A DNA stretch of 64,000 nt from Planctomycetia bacterium (lineage in GTDB: Bacteria > Planctomycetota > Planctomycetia > Pirellulales > UBA1268). The stretch is taken from contig JBKDMX010000015.1 of assembly GCA_046343855.1 (NCBI GenBank), positions 15,745-79,744 of the forward strand, read 5' to 3'. The translations under genes were made by a program, and so were the position numbers. Below the pieces are notes generated by a model that did not search any database, was not told the origin of the DNA, and saw nothing but the letters and a program-made list of their open reading frames with translations. Positions 29,410-38,658 of the stretch are shown here, piece by piece; within the stretch, counting starts at the first letter, position 1, and every line of letters starts with the position of its first letter.

Positions 29410-30179
29410 TGGCGGCGCCATACGCGGTCGAGTTTCACGACCTGACGGTCGCCTATGGCGGGCGGCCGGTGCTCTGGAACATCGATCTCGCCATCGACTC
29501 GCCAGGCATCTTCGGCATCATCGGCCCGAACGGCGCCGGGAAGAGCACGCTCCTGAAGGCGGCGCTCGGCCTTGTGCCGTTGGCCGGCGGCAGCGTGAAG
29601 CTCTTTGGGCGACCGCTCGACGAGGTGCGGCGGCGGGTCGGATACGTGCCGCAGCGCGAGACGGTCGATTGGGATTTTCCCGTGAGCGTGATGGATGTCG
29701 TGCTCATGGGCACCTATCCGCGGCTGGGCTGGTTTCGCCGTCCGGGGCAGCGCGAGCGGGCGCTCGCCACCGCGTGCCTCGACCGCGTCGGGCTCGCCGA
29801 CGTCGCCGGCCGGCAGATCGGCCGGCTTTCCGGCGGCCCGCAGCAGCGGGGGTTTCTCGCGCGGGCGCTCGCGCAGGAGGCCGATCTCTACTTTCTTGAC
29901 GAGCCGCTGGCCGGCGTCGATGCCCGCTCGCAGGAGACGATCTTCCGCGTGCTCGCCGACCTGCGGTCGGAAGGGAGGCTCGTCGTCGTCGTGCATCATG
30001 ACCTCCGCACCGCCGCGGAGTGGTTCGATGCGGTGGCGCTCGTCGACATGCGGCTCGTCGCCGCGGGGCCGACGGCTGCCGTGCTCACGCCCGACAACCT
30101 GCGCCGCACCTACGCCGGCCCGCTCGACGTGCTCGACGAGCTCGGCCGCGCCGTCGCTCAGGGGAGGCGAACCCCATGA
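29409..30179 (+). CDS. troB: Metal ABC transporter ATPase (TroB-like)
   Basis: GPNGAGKST, YVPQR..VDWDFP, LDEP, VHHDL. The signature motif reads LSGGPQQR. Confidence 0.92.
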   Translation: MAAPYAVEFHDLTVAYGGRPVLWNIDLAIDSPGIFGIIGPNGAGKSTLLKAALGLVPLAGGSVKLFGRPLDEVRRRVGYVPQRETVDWDFPVSVMDVVLMGTYPRLGWFRRPGQRERALATACLDRVGLADVAGRQIGRLSGGPQQRGFLARALAQEADLYFLDEPLAGVDARSQETIFRVLADLRSEGRLVVVVHHDLRTAAEWFDAVALVDMRLVAAGPTAAVLTPDNLRRTYAGPLDVLDELGRAVAQGRRTP

Positions 30180-31039
30180 GCCCGCTTGGGGGGATTCCCT
30201 ACAACACGCTCGTCGTGGCCGCCGGCGTGGCGGCGGTGGGATTCGCCGCCGGCGTGATCGGCAGCCTGGGGCTGTTGCGGAAGCGAGCCCTGGCCGGCGA
30301 CGCGGCAGCGCACGCCACGCTCATGGGCGTGGCGGCCGCGTTTCTCGCGACCGGCCGCCGCGATCTCCCCATGCTCCTCCTGGGCGCCCTCGTGGCGGCG
30401 GTCGCCAGCCTCGGCGTGCTCGTCTTGATCCGCCGTTGGACGCGCACCCGCGACGATGCGGCGACGGCCATCGTGCTCGGCGTCTCGTTCGGCCTCGGGA
30501 TCACGCTCATCTCCGGCATCACCGCCCGCGGCATTCCCGGCGGCGGCGGGCTCGAGCAGTTTCTGCTCGGCCACACCGCCGCGCTCACGGCGGCGGATGC
30601 CGTGCTCCTCGCGGCGGTCTCTGTCGTGGCTGTGGCAACGCTCGTCGTGGGCTTCAAGGAGGCGGTGCTCGTCGCCTTCGATCCGGCGTTCGCCGCGGCC
30701 ACGGGCTGGCCGGTCGCGGTCGTCGATTATCTGCTCGTCGCGCTCGTCGCAGTCATGGTCGTCGTGGGGCTGCCCGCGGCCGGGGCGGTGCTCGTGACGG
30801 CGCTCGTCGTGATCCCGCCGGCCGCCGCGCGGCAGTGGACCGATCGCGTCGGCACCATGCTCCCACTTGCCGGAATGATCGGCCTGGTCTCCGCCGTCGC
30901 GGGCGTCGCGGCGAGCGCCGTTTTTCCGCGGCTGCCGACCGGGCCGATGATCGTGCTGGTCGCGGCGGCGATGTTCGGCCTGTCGGTACTGGCGGCGGCG
31001 ATCCGTGGCCGGCTCGCAGCGCGGAGGCCGCTCGCATGA
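30176..31039 (+). CDS. troC: Metal ABC transporter permease (TroC-like)
   Basis: ALAGDAAAHATL.G, AFDPAFA, IPPAAARQWT, PTGP. Confidence 0.9.
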   Translation: MSPLGGIPYNTLVVAAGVAAVGFAAGVIGSLGLLRKRALAGDAAAHATLMGVAAAFLATGRRDLPMLLLGALVAAVASLGVLVLIRRWTRTRDDAATAIVLGVSFGLGITLISGITARGIPGGGGLEQFLLGHTAALTAADAVLLAAVSVVAVATLVVGFKEAVLVAFDPAFAAATGWPVAVVDYLLVALVAVMVVVGLPAAGAVLVTALVVIPPAAARQWTDRVGTMLPLAGMIGLVSAVAGVAASAVFPRLPTGPMIVLVAAAMFGLSVLAAAIRGRLAARRPLA

Positions 31040-32331
31040 CGATCGCCGCTGGGTGGCTTTCGGAGCAGGCCGTGATGCACGGCTGGGCGATGGCCACGGC
31101 GGCCGTGGTGTCGGCGGGCTGCGCGCTCGTCGGCACGCTGCTGGTCGTGCGCCGCATGAGCCTGTTGGGCGACGCGATCAGCCATGCCGTCTTGCCTGGC
31201 ATCGTCGTCGCGGTGCTTGCGGGCGGACGGATGGGCGGGCCAATCGTCCTGGCCGGTGCCACCGCGACGGCGCTTTTCACCGTCTGGCTCACGCGGTCGC
31301 TCGCGGGGCGGCCCGGCGTGTCCGAGGACGCAGCCGCGGGAATCGTGTTCACGACGCTCTTCGCGGTCGGGGTCGTGCTCGTCTCGGCGCTGGCCTCGCG
31401 GGTCGATCTCGACGCCTCGTGCGTGCTCCACGGCATCCTCGAGCTCGTGCCGTTCGACACGGTGCCGCTGGCGGGCTTCGAGATTCCGCGCGCGTTTCTC
31501 ACCGGCGCGATCGTGCTCGCAGCCCTGTCCGTCGCGGCGATGGTGAGCTGGAAGGAACAGCTCTTCGTCGCCTTCGACAGCGACGCGGCGCAGGCCGCGG
31601 GCATGCCGGTGGGGCTGGCGACGACAGGCCTGCTCGCGGCGACGGCGCTGGCCACCGTGGCGAGCTTCGAGGCCGTGGGGGCGGTCCTCGTCGTGGCGAT
31701 GCTCGTCGTGCCGGCCGCGACCGCCGAAGTGCTCGTGCATCGGCTGCACTGGATGGCATTCGTCGCCATGCTGATGGCGGTCGTTGCCTCCTGCGTCGGC
31801 TATCTCGCCGCCTGGCACTTCAACACGAGCGCCGCCGGGATGATCGCAGTCGTGCTCGGCCTGGGCTATCTCGCCGCTGCGCTCGTCGCGCCGGATGGCG
31901 TCGTGGCGCGGCTGGCCGCGCGGGCGTGGCTGGCGTGGCGAATCACGTGCGAAGACTGTCTCGCCGCGCTCTGGCGCGGAGAGGAGGCAGGGGCGGTCGC
32001 GGCGGTTCCCCCGGCGGTATTTCCGGCATCGCTCCGTCAGCATGCGGCCCTTCTCTGGCTGCGAGCCAGCGGGCGAATCGACGCGGTGGCCGATGGCGGC
32101 TGGCGGCTGTCGCCACGGGGCCGGGCCGAGGCGGAGACGGTCGTGCGGTCGCACCGCCTCTGGGAGGCCTGGCTCGGCCGCCACGCCGAATTGCCGCTCG
32201 ACCATCTCCATCCGCCGGCGGAATGGATCGAGCATCATCTGGGCGCGGCCGTCCGCGAGCGGCTCGAGGCGGAAGTGGGCGTGGCGGCCAGCGACCCCCA
32301 CGGCCGCACGATCCCGCCGGAACGAACGTAG
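31036..32331 (+). CDS. Metal ABC transporter permease (TroD-like) fused to a DtxR-type metal-binding/dimerisation domain
   Basis: Permease motif SLLGDAISHAVLPG, followed by VRSHRLWEAWL, AEWIEH and DPHGRTIP. Confidence 0.9.
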   Translation: MTIAAGWLSEQAVMHGWAMATAAVVSAGCALVGTLLVVRRMSLLGDAISHAVLPGIVVAVLAGGRMGGPIVLAGATATALFTVWLTRSLAGRPGVSEDAAAGIVFTTLFAVGVVLVSALASRVDLDASCVLHGILELVPFDTVPLAGFEIPRAFLTGAIVLAALSVAAMVSWKEQLFVAFDSDAAQAAGMPVGLATTGLLAATALATVASFEAVGAVLVVAMLVVPAATAEVLVHRLHWMAFVAMLMAVVASCVGYLAAWHFNTSAAGMIAVVLGLGYLAAALVAPDGVVARLAARAWLAWRITCEDCLAALWRGEEAGAVAAVPPAVFPASLRQHAALLWLRASGRIDAVADGGWRLSPRGRAEAETVVRSHRLWEAWLGRHAELPLDHLHPPAEWIEHHLGAAVRERLEAEVGVAASDPHGRTIPPERT

Positions 32332-32342
32332 CCCGCTCTGTG

Positions 32343-32506
32343 ACGCACCGGCTCGGGGGCGGCAGACGTTCTTTGTCCGCCGTTCCAACGTCGGATTGGT
32401 GACTCGCGGTGGCCCTCGCGGACTCGGTCCAAATGCTCGTTACGCTTCCGCCGACCCCTCGCCTCCGTCGGCGGAAAGTAGACCGCTTGCGGAGCAAGCG
32501 GTCTAC
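32343..32506 (+). repeat. Repeat mosaic: element D with insertion (32343-32467) and REP-C (32478-32506)
   Basis: Same D arms as other copies. GTAGACCGCTTGC-GGA-GCAAGCGGTCTAC abuts the nfo stop. Confidence 0.85.
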
Positions 32507-33417
32507 TACCGCTGCAGGCGGCGGAGGGTGGCGAGGTTGCCGCGGTCCTTCGCCGGCGACACCTTGCCGTCGGCGCCTTCCTTCGGCGTCTCGAGGATGA
32601 GCGGGATGTGGGCGAGCTTCGGGTGCCGCATGATCAGGCGGAAGGCCTCGCGGCCGATCTTGCCCTTGCCGATCGCCTCGTGCCGGTCGACCCGGGAGCC
32701 GAGCTCCCGCTTGGAGTCGTTGGCGTGGATCACGACGAGCCGTTTCAGCCCGATCGCGCGATCGAATTGCCGCAGCGTGGCGTCGAGGCTCTCCTGCGGC
32801 GAGAGCGGATAGCCGGCGGCGAACACGTGGCAGGTGTCGAGGCAGACGCCGACCCGCTTCGCCAGGCCGGGCTGCTTGTCGATCCGGGCGAGCATCGTGC
32901 CGATTTCCTCGAAGGCGGCGCCCAAGCAGGAGCCCTGGCCGGCGGTCGTTTCGATCAGGATGCCGGCTGCGAGCGTGCGGGTGGTCTCGAGCGCGGCGGC
33001 GATGCCGTCGGCCGCGCGGGCCACGGCTTCGTCGAGGGGCTGCTCGCCGGCCGCACCGGGATGCGCGACCACCCAGCGAATGCCGAGCGCCTCGGCCCGC
33101 TCGAGCTCCGTGACGAGGCCGGCGATCGACTTCCGCCGCAAGGCGTCGTCGGCGGAGGCGGGATTGATGAGATAGGAATCGTGGGCGACGACGAGGGCGA
33201 GGCCTGCATCCTTCACCGCCCGGCGGAAGGCAGAGGCTTCGCCGGGGTCGAGCGGCGAGACATCCCAACGATTGATGTTGCGGGTGAACACCTGCAGGCA
33301 TTCGCAGCCCGTCTCGATGGCGCGCTCGACCGCCTTCGTGAATCCCCCCGCGATCGACTGATGGGCACCGAGCGGCCGCGGGCGCGGCATGGCTTTTGTG
33401 CGAGCGGTCTTTTTCAT
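32506..33417 (-). CDS. nfo: Endonuclease IV
   Basis: LGAHQSIAGG, HDSYLIN, HPG, ETTAGQG, CLDTCH, HANDSK, DRHE, LETPK. Alternative start at 33390. Confidence 0.95.
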   Translation of the reverse strand: MKKTARTKAMPRPRPLGAHQSIAGGFTKAVERAIETGCECLQVFTRNINRWDVSPLDPGEASAFRRAVKDAGLALVVAHDSYLINPASADDALRRKSIAGLVTELERAEALGIRWVVAHPGAAGEQPLDEAVARAADGIAAALETTRTLAAGILIETTAGQGSCLGAAFEEIGTMLARIDKQPGLAKRVGVCLDTCHVFAAGYPLSPQESLDATLRQFDRAIGLKRLVVIHANDSKRELGSRVDRHEAIGKGKIGREAFRLIMRHPKLAHIPLILETPKEGADGKVSPAKDRGNLATLRRLQR

Positions 33418-33567
33418 GACGGGCATCGTAACGGAGGTTCGGGTAAACCAGCCACGAACGCCTGTGGCCGAAAACGCGGGCTCGTCGCGGCCGGCCAAAG
33501 CGACGACTTTTGACGATTGTTTCCGCGGTCGTACACTTCATCCATTGGACATCGCACGCTCCTGGAG

Positions 33568-34077
33568 ATGCCACCCGTGGGAAACGCCCTGTTTTTTCTG
33601 TCCGCGATCGCGATCGTGGTGGCGTCGGTCATGGTGTTGGCGGTGGCGCTGCGACCGATTCGCGCCGCGAGGCAGGCGGAGAAGTTGGCCCGGGCCCAGC
33701 GGGATTTCCACCGCCAGCGCGAGCAGCTCGAGGCGAAGTTCATCGAGCGGGCGAGCGTCAGCGGCAAGCCCCGCGGCCTGCGGTGGACCGACGTGCTCTT
33801 CGACGACGACGTGGTCTACGCCCGCGACCGCCATACCGGCGGACTCAAGGCGCTCGTGGCGATCGAGGTGAGCTTCGAGGCGATCGAAGGGGGTGGCATG
33901 GAAGAGGTGGAGGCCGTCTCCAACGTCCGTGCCGCCACGGCGGAGTTTCTCTACGAACCAAACGGCCGCTGGAAGACCGACGGCCGCGTCTTCTTCAACC
34001 TCGCCCCGACGGCCACGGTGAAGTACCTCAGCTCCGACCTGGAACTCGTTGCCGAAGAGCACGCCGCCCGCGCGTAA
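33568..34077 (+). CDS. Hypothetical single-TM protein (planctomycete type)
   Basis: N-terminal TM helix, then GKPRGLRW...FEAIEGGGMEEVEAV...GRVFFNL. Start ATG 33568 or GTG 33577. Confidence 0.75.
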   Translation: MPPVGNALFFLSAIAIVVASVMVLAVALRPIRAARQAEKLARAQRDFHRQREQLEAKFIERASVSGKPRGLRWTDVLFDDDVVYARDRHTGGLKALVAIEVSFEAIEGGGMEEVEAVSNVRAATAEFLYEPNGRWKTDGRVFFNLAPTATVKYLSSDLELVAEEHAARA

Positions 34078-34094
34078 CGGCTCAGAATGCATGC

Positions 34095-34350
34095 GTAGGA
34101 CAGGCCTCCGTGCCTGTCTTGCTCCGCAGGTGCATCTCTCTGGCGTCGCGCCGGCTCGGGGGCGGCAGAAGGTTCCTCGCGGTGGCCCTCGCGGACTCGG
34201 TCCAAATGCTCGTCACGCTTCCGCCGACCCCCTCGCCTTCCCGGTAGGATAGGCTTCAGCCTGTCGCCATGCACGCTTCAGCCTGTCGAAAAGAGACCGC
34301 TTGCTCCGCACGCGGATCCCCGCGATCCGCGTGCGGAGCAAGCGGTCTAC
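34095..34350 (+). repeat. Repeat mosaic: REP-B (34095-34118), D (34141-34243), REP-A (34244-34265), extended REP-C (34293-34350)
   Basis: All modules recur elsewhere in the window. Confidence 0.9.
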
Positions 34351-34356
34351 GAAGCC

Positions 34357-36066
34357 CTACCGGGTCTCGTTCAGGTGCTCGAGCAGGATGCGCTCGATTT
34401 CCATCACCGTCTGCGGGTGGTGGTGCACGCGGGTATGGGTGGCCGGCACTTCGAGCTCGCTCGTGACACCCGGCAGCCGCGCGCTCGATGCCGGCACGAC
34501 GCAATCGTCGGGGCCGCTCACGAGCGATTGATGTGCGGTGCCGATGATGCTGTGCGTGGTCACCCAGCAGGGAGTGCGGAGCTCGCGGAGGGCCCGCAGG
34601 ATGCTCGAGCTGGGCTCGAGGATGTCGATCGTCGTCGGCAGTGAGCGCTGATAATCGGAGTGGAAGGCATCGGGGTTCATGACGACGGCCTCGTCGTGGA
34701 TCGCCTTCGACTGCGGGGGCTGCTGCACCGTGAGCGCCGCAATCCTGCCCACGCCGCGCGACGCCAGCGAGGAGCCGGCGTGGGGTGTGGCGACGAACAC
34801 GACCCGCTTCACGAAGGGGAGCGGCTCGAAGAAATAGTTCTGCCGGACGCGTTCCTTGAGCTCCGGCCGCAGCACGATCTGCTCGAAGGGCACGTAGGAG
34901 ATCGCGTCCCAGAGCTGCGTGCCGGGATCGACGACCTGCAGCTTCGCGTGCAGGCCGCCCATGCTGTGGCCGACGAGCACCATGTTTTGCAGCGCGCGAT
35001 CGGTGCCCTGGGGATCGAGCCGCTGCACCGCTGTTTGCAATTCCCGGCGGAGCACGGCGGCGGAGTGGAGAAACGTCGCGCCGGTCGGGTAGCGATAGAC
35101 CCAGGCTTCGTAGCGCCGGTGAAACGTCGGCCAGGTGCGGAGCTCGTTGATCAGGTCGAACCACGTGCCTTCGTCGCTCGCCAGGCCGTGGATGAACACG
35201 ACCGGGATGCGGCCTGGCTGATGGGGCTCGAGAAACTCGAGTTTCGGCACCGTGTCGCCGCGGCCGTAGGGCTGCAGAAACCCGGTGATGCTCGACGTCT
35301 TCGGCATGCCCTCGAGCATGTCCAAGAGCGGCAGCGAGAGATCCGCCGCCAGGAGCGGCCGCGCCGGCCCCACGTGCACGGCGGCGATCTCGACGGGATT
35401 CGCGAGGTCGAGGATCGCCGGCGCATGATCCCGCGCGAGCGGACCGGAGAACTTCTGCAGGAAGTTCTCGTCGCCCGGCATCTTGAATCGCAGCACCGCC
35501 GTCGCCGCCAGGGATTGCCGCGGCGGCGCGAATTCCTCGCCCGTTCCGCCCACTCCCCGCGCGAGCCGCACGGCAACGGGCAGGCCGAAGCCGCCGCGGA
35601 CGTGCTGCCGCGTGAGCCGGCGGTCGCCGGCCGGGGGCCGCGCCACCACGCGCTCGATGGCCGACGCCTCGACCGGCAGCGCCCGCGTCTCGATCGGCAC
35701 GCAGATCGGCTTCCAGGCGGGGCCGACCACGAGGCCGTTGCCAGAGAGCCGGCCGTGCTGGTCGGCCGTCACGAGCAGCCCCTCGAGCGCGGCGGCATAG
35801 AGGCACGATGCCTCCTCGAGGATCGGCCGCGATCCGGGGCAGGTCCAGACGGCGTTCCAGGCGGCCTCGGCGGACGCATAGAAGCCGTCGACCGCCCGCA
35901 CGTCTCCCTTCTCGGCCATCGTGGCCGATGCATTTCCGTAGTCGACGGCCTGCTTCAGAAAGCCGCGCGCCGTCTGTTCGGGATTCTCCCGCTCTGCGGC
36001 TGCGATCGGCGCGGCGCAGAGGCAGACGACGATCGCGGCACCGCGCAGCATCCACGCCAACGTCAT
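34357..36066 (-). CDS. Secreted alpha/beta hydrolase (esterase/lipase)
   Basis: Signal peptide, PVVFIHGL, nucleophile elbow GHSMGG, ATPHAGS, DCVVP, C-terminal His. Confidence 0.88.
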   Translation of the reverse strand: MTLAWMLRGAAIVVCLCAAPIAAAERENPEQTARGFLKQAVDYGNASATMAEKGDVRAVDGFYASAEAAWNAVWTCPGSRPILEEASCLYAAALEGLLVTADQHGRLSGNGLVVGPAWKPICVPIETRALPVEASAIERVVARPPAGDRRLTRQHVRGGFGLPVAVRLARGVGGTGEEFAPPRQSLAATAVLRFKMPGDENFLQKFSGPLARDHAPAILDLANPVEIAAVHVGPARPLLAADLSLPLLDMLEGMPKTSSITGFLQPYGRGDTVPKLEFLEPHQPGRIPVVFIHGLASDEGTWFDLINELRTWPTFHRRYEAWVYRYPTGATFLHSAAVLRRELQTAVQRLDPQGTDRALQNMVLVGHSMGGLHAKLQVVDPGTQLWDAISYVPFEQIVLRPELKERVRQNYFFEPLPFVKRVVFVATPHAGSSLASRGVGRIAALTVQQPPQSKAIHDEAVVMNPDAFHSDYQRSLPTTIDILEPSSSILRALRELRTPCWVTTHSIIGTAHQSLVSGPDDCVVPASSARLPGVTSELEVPATHTRVHHHPQTVMEIERILLEHLNETR

Positions 36067-36266
36067 GCCATCATCTCCCCACCCTGTCGCGGATCCCTCG
36101 CGCCATGGTGAACTATCGACGCGATTCGACCGCCAACGGAAGCGGCGGGGCGGTTCGTCGAGATCGCACCCCGAGATTCGCGAGACTGCCAGCAGCCGGG
36201 GAACCCTGGCAAAATGAAACGACGCGGTGACGAAGCCTCAAGGCCGCTCGATGCTCGAGCAGCGAA

Positions 36267-36677
36267 CTATCGCGATTGCAGCGAAAAGTCGATCCGGTTG
36301 GTTCCGGGCTGAACCACAGCCTCGAGCACGGTGGCGGCGTGATACCGCGGCGGCAGGATTTCGCGGCCGCCGTTCTCCTCCGTCGCCGTCATGATCCGCA
36401 CGGTGTGTCGGCCGAGATTCGCCCCTTCGATGTCGCGGAGATAGCGGAGGCGGTAGCCGCCGGCCGAGTCGGTGGAGCCGAGCGACGTGCGGCCGGGGCC
36501 GTCGGGCGTGAAGTGCACGGCGGCGGCGGCGAGCGGGCGTCCGTCGAGCGTGACGGTGCCCGTCACCGTGCCCAGCGGTGGGCGATTGTCAGGGGAGCAG
36601 CCCGCCAACGCCGCCAGCAGCAGGGCCGAGGCGAGCGTGTTCCGCGCAGCCAATGGGGAGGGCATGCAATCGCTCAT
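36267..36677 (-). CDS. Lipoprotein with carboxypeptidase regulatory-like domain (usual DUF1559 partner)
   Basis: Lipobox LAGC, VTGTVTLDG.PL, TDSAG.Y, LPPRY, N.IDF.L. ATGA overlap with the upstream gene. Confidence 0.85.
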   Translation of the reverse strand: MSDCMPSPLAARNTLASALLLAALAGCSPDNRPPLGTVTGTVTLDGRPLAAAAVHFTPDGPGRTSLGSTDSAGGYRLRYLRDIEGANLGRHTVRIMTATEENGGREILPPRYHAATVLEAVVQPGTNRIDFSLQSR

Positions 36678-38518
36678 GGCGCGAGGGCGAGCGATGCGGA
36701 CTGGCCATCGCGCATCGAGCCGAGCAGTGGGAAGACGGCGTTGTTGTCTTTGGCATCGATGAATTCGTCGAGCCAGTGGACGGAGCCGTCGGCCATCGCA
36801 AACGACGCCCCGCCCGGATGGTCGCTGCCGGGCGACTCGAAGAAGAGGTTGTTCATGCCGCCGGGATTGGAGTGCGTCGGGTCGGTGGACGTGGTGAAGA
36901 GCGTCGCCACGCCGCCGGCGGCCCAGCCATCGTGGCTCGTGCGGTTGTGGGTGTCGGCGGCGCTCGTCGCGCCGGTGATCGGCCGCAGTCGCTGCATCTC
37001 CCCGAGCATGATCGTATTCGAGAGGCCGTCGCGAATCGCTCCGGTAGCCACGCCCAGATTCGGCAGAAACACACTCTCGCGCCGGCCCACGGAGCCGGGG
37101 ATCGCGGTGCCACGGTGGGCGAAACGATGGTCTTCGGAGGTGGCATTGAGAAAGCCGTCGAGCCGGCCGTAGCAGCCGCCGTAGTCTGTGCCGCCGCCGC
37201 GCCAGGCAGTGGCGACGAGGTTGCGATGGTCGTCGCGTCCCGTGCGAATCCCCGACCGCCGGGTCGGGCAATAGAGCAGGCGGATGTCGGCCTGCGCGAT
37301 CAAGGCATTGCCGAGCACGTTGGTCTGCCTGTCCCAGGAATTGAAGACCGCCGTTTCGTCGAGGAAGGGGAGTGTTTCGAGGATCCAGCTCGTGCCGTGC
37401 TTGCTGCCGGCGGGTGAGACGGAGGTGAGTTGCGCCTCTCCCCATGGGTTCCAGCAGCCGGCGCAGGTGGCGGTATTGAATCCTTCGCTGACGATCGCGG
37501 CCGGCGGGAAACGCGAGTTGGCATTCTCGTAGCCGAGGACGCCGAGCGCGACCTGCTTCAGGTTGTTTTGGCAGTGGCTCCGCCGGGCCGACTCCCGCGC
37601 CGACTGCACGGCCGGCAGCAAAAGGCCCACCAGCAGGCCGATGATGGCGATGGCGACGAGCAATTCCGTGAGCGTGAAGCCGCGGCGCGGGGCCGGCCGC
37701 GGACGCCGGCGCGCGAGGAGGATGACGGAGCAGGCCCCGCCGGCGATCGCGGATGCAAGGGCAGAGGGCTCCGGCACGAACGCGATCTGGAAATTGTCGA
37801 TCGCGATCGTGTCGCGGGCGCCCGTGCTTGTGGACGCCGACAGGGCCGCGACACGGAACCAAACGCTCGGCTGGTTCGACATCGCCGTGAGCGCCGCGCT
37901 CGAGAACGTGATGGGCGTCGTGCCCCAGACGCCGGGGTCAGCCCAGGTGGCGATCGTGGTGAACGACGTGGGAGTCGTGCCGAGGCCGTATTGGAGGGAC
38001 CAGGTGACCGACCGCGGCTCAACGTCGAGCAGCATCAGGTCGATCGAGCCGGCGGTGAGCGTCAGGCGGGTGGAGTCGAAGTTCAGATTGAACGCCGCAC
38101 CGGGGTCGCCAAAGTCACTGGCAGTGCGCACACCGACGGCTCGGTTTGTCGAAGCGCGTTGCGATTCAGTGGAGGCGTTGCTCGAGAGGCCGGTGGCCGA
38201 GGCCGTGTTGATGAATCCCTTGGCGTTATCGCCCCACGTCTGCTTGATGACGCTCGGGCCGACCGTGCCGAGCGCAGTTCCGGTGGCTCCGGTGCGCACA
38301 TCCCAGCCTGCCGGCAGCGTGGCCGAACCCGAGGCGGTCCCGAGGGAATCGAACGACTGGACGTAACTCGTGCCGCTCAGCGTGAGCAGGCCGGCTGCGG
38401 TAGGGCTGGCAGCAATCGCCACGCAGGCTGCTGCGAGCGCCAACAGAATCGCCTGAACCCATCCTTGCCCTGCGCGGACTCCCCTTCCTGTGGGAAGCCC
38501 CTGGCTGCCTGCCTTCAA
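36674..38518 (-). CDS. Fusion: signal peptide + beta-rich domain + PEP-CTERM signal + prepilin N-methylation motif + DUF1559 domain
   Basis: FVPEP-hydrophobic-RRR runs directly into RRG|FTLTELLVAIAIIGLLVGLLLPAVQSARESARR..CQNNLKQ. C-terminal HPGGASFAMADG. TTG start uncertain. Confidence 0.9.
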   Translation of the reverse strand: MKAGSQGLPTGRGVRAGQGWVQAILLALAAACVAIAASPTAAGLLTLSGTSYVQSFDSLGTASGSATLPAGWDVRTGATGTALGTVGPSVIKQTWGDNAKGFINTASATGLSSNASTESQRASTNRAVGVRTASDFGDPGAAFNLNFDSTRLTLTAGSIDLMLLDVEPRSVTWSLQYGLGTTPTSFTTIATWADPGVWGTTPITFSSAALTAMSNQPSVWFRVAALSASTSTGARDTIAIDNFQIAFVPEPSALASAIAGGACSVILLARRRPRPAPRRGFTLTELLVAIAIIGLLVGLLLPAVQSARESARRSHCQNNLKQVALGVLGYENANSRFPPAAIVSEGFNTATCAGCWNPWGEAQLTSVSPAGSKHGTSWILETLPFLDETAVFNSWDRQTNVLGNALIAQADIRLLYCPTRRSGIRTGRDDHRNLVATAWRGGGTDYGGCYGRLDGFLNATSEDHRFAHRGTAIPGSVGRRESVFLPNLGVATGAIRDGLSNTIMLGEMQRLRPITGATSAADTHNRTSHDGWAAGGVATLFTTSTDPTHSNPGGMNNLFFESPGSDHPGGASFAMADGSVHWLDEFIDAKDNNAVFPLLGSMRDGQSASLALAP

Positions 38519-38658
38519 CGATCGTTCCGAAACCTAAGCGTGATGAATCCGGGAATGCCTCAGGGGGCACTACTGGTAATGCGAAAGAGGGGCATTCTAT
38601 AGAGGGGGTGAAACAGTGCAAGGGGTGGTATGAAAAAAAGTAAACGGCAAGGCGTGCG

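Noticed and set aside
29820..29860. TroB signature LSGGPQQRGF instead of LSGGQQQRVF
   Set aside because: Each change needs only a single A>C or T>G substitution in a GC-rich run. Sequencing error cannot be excluded without reads, so it is not called inactivation.
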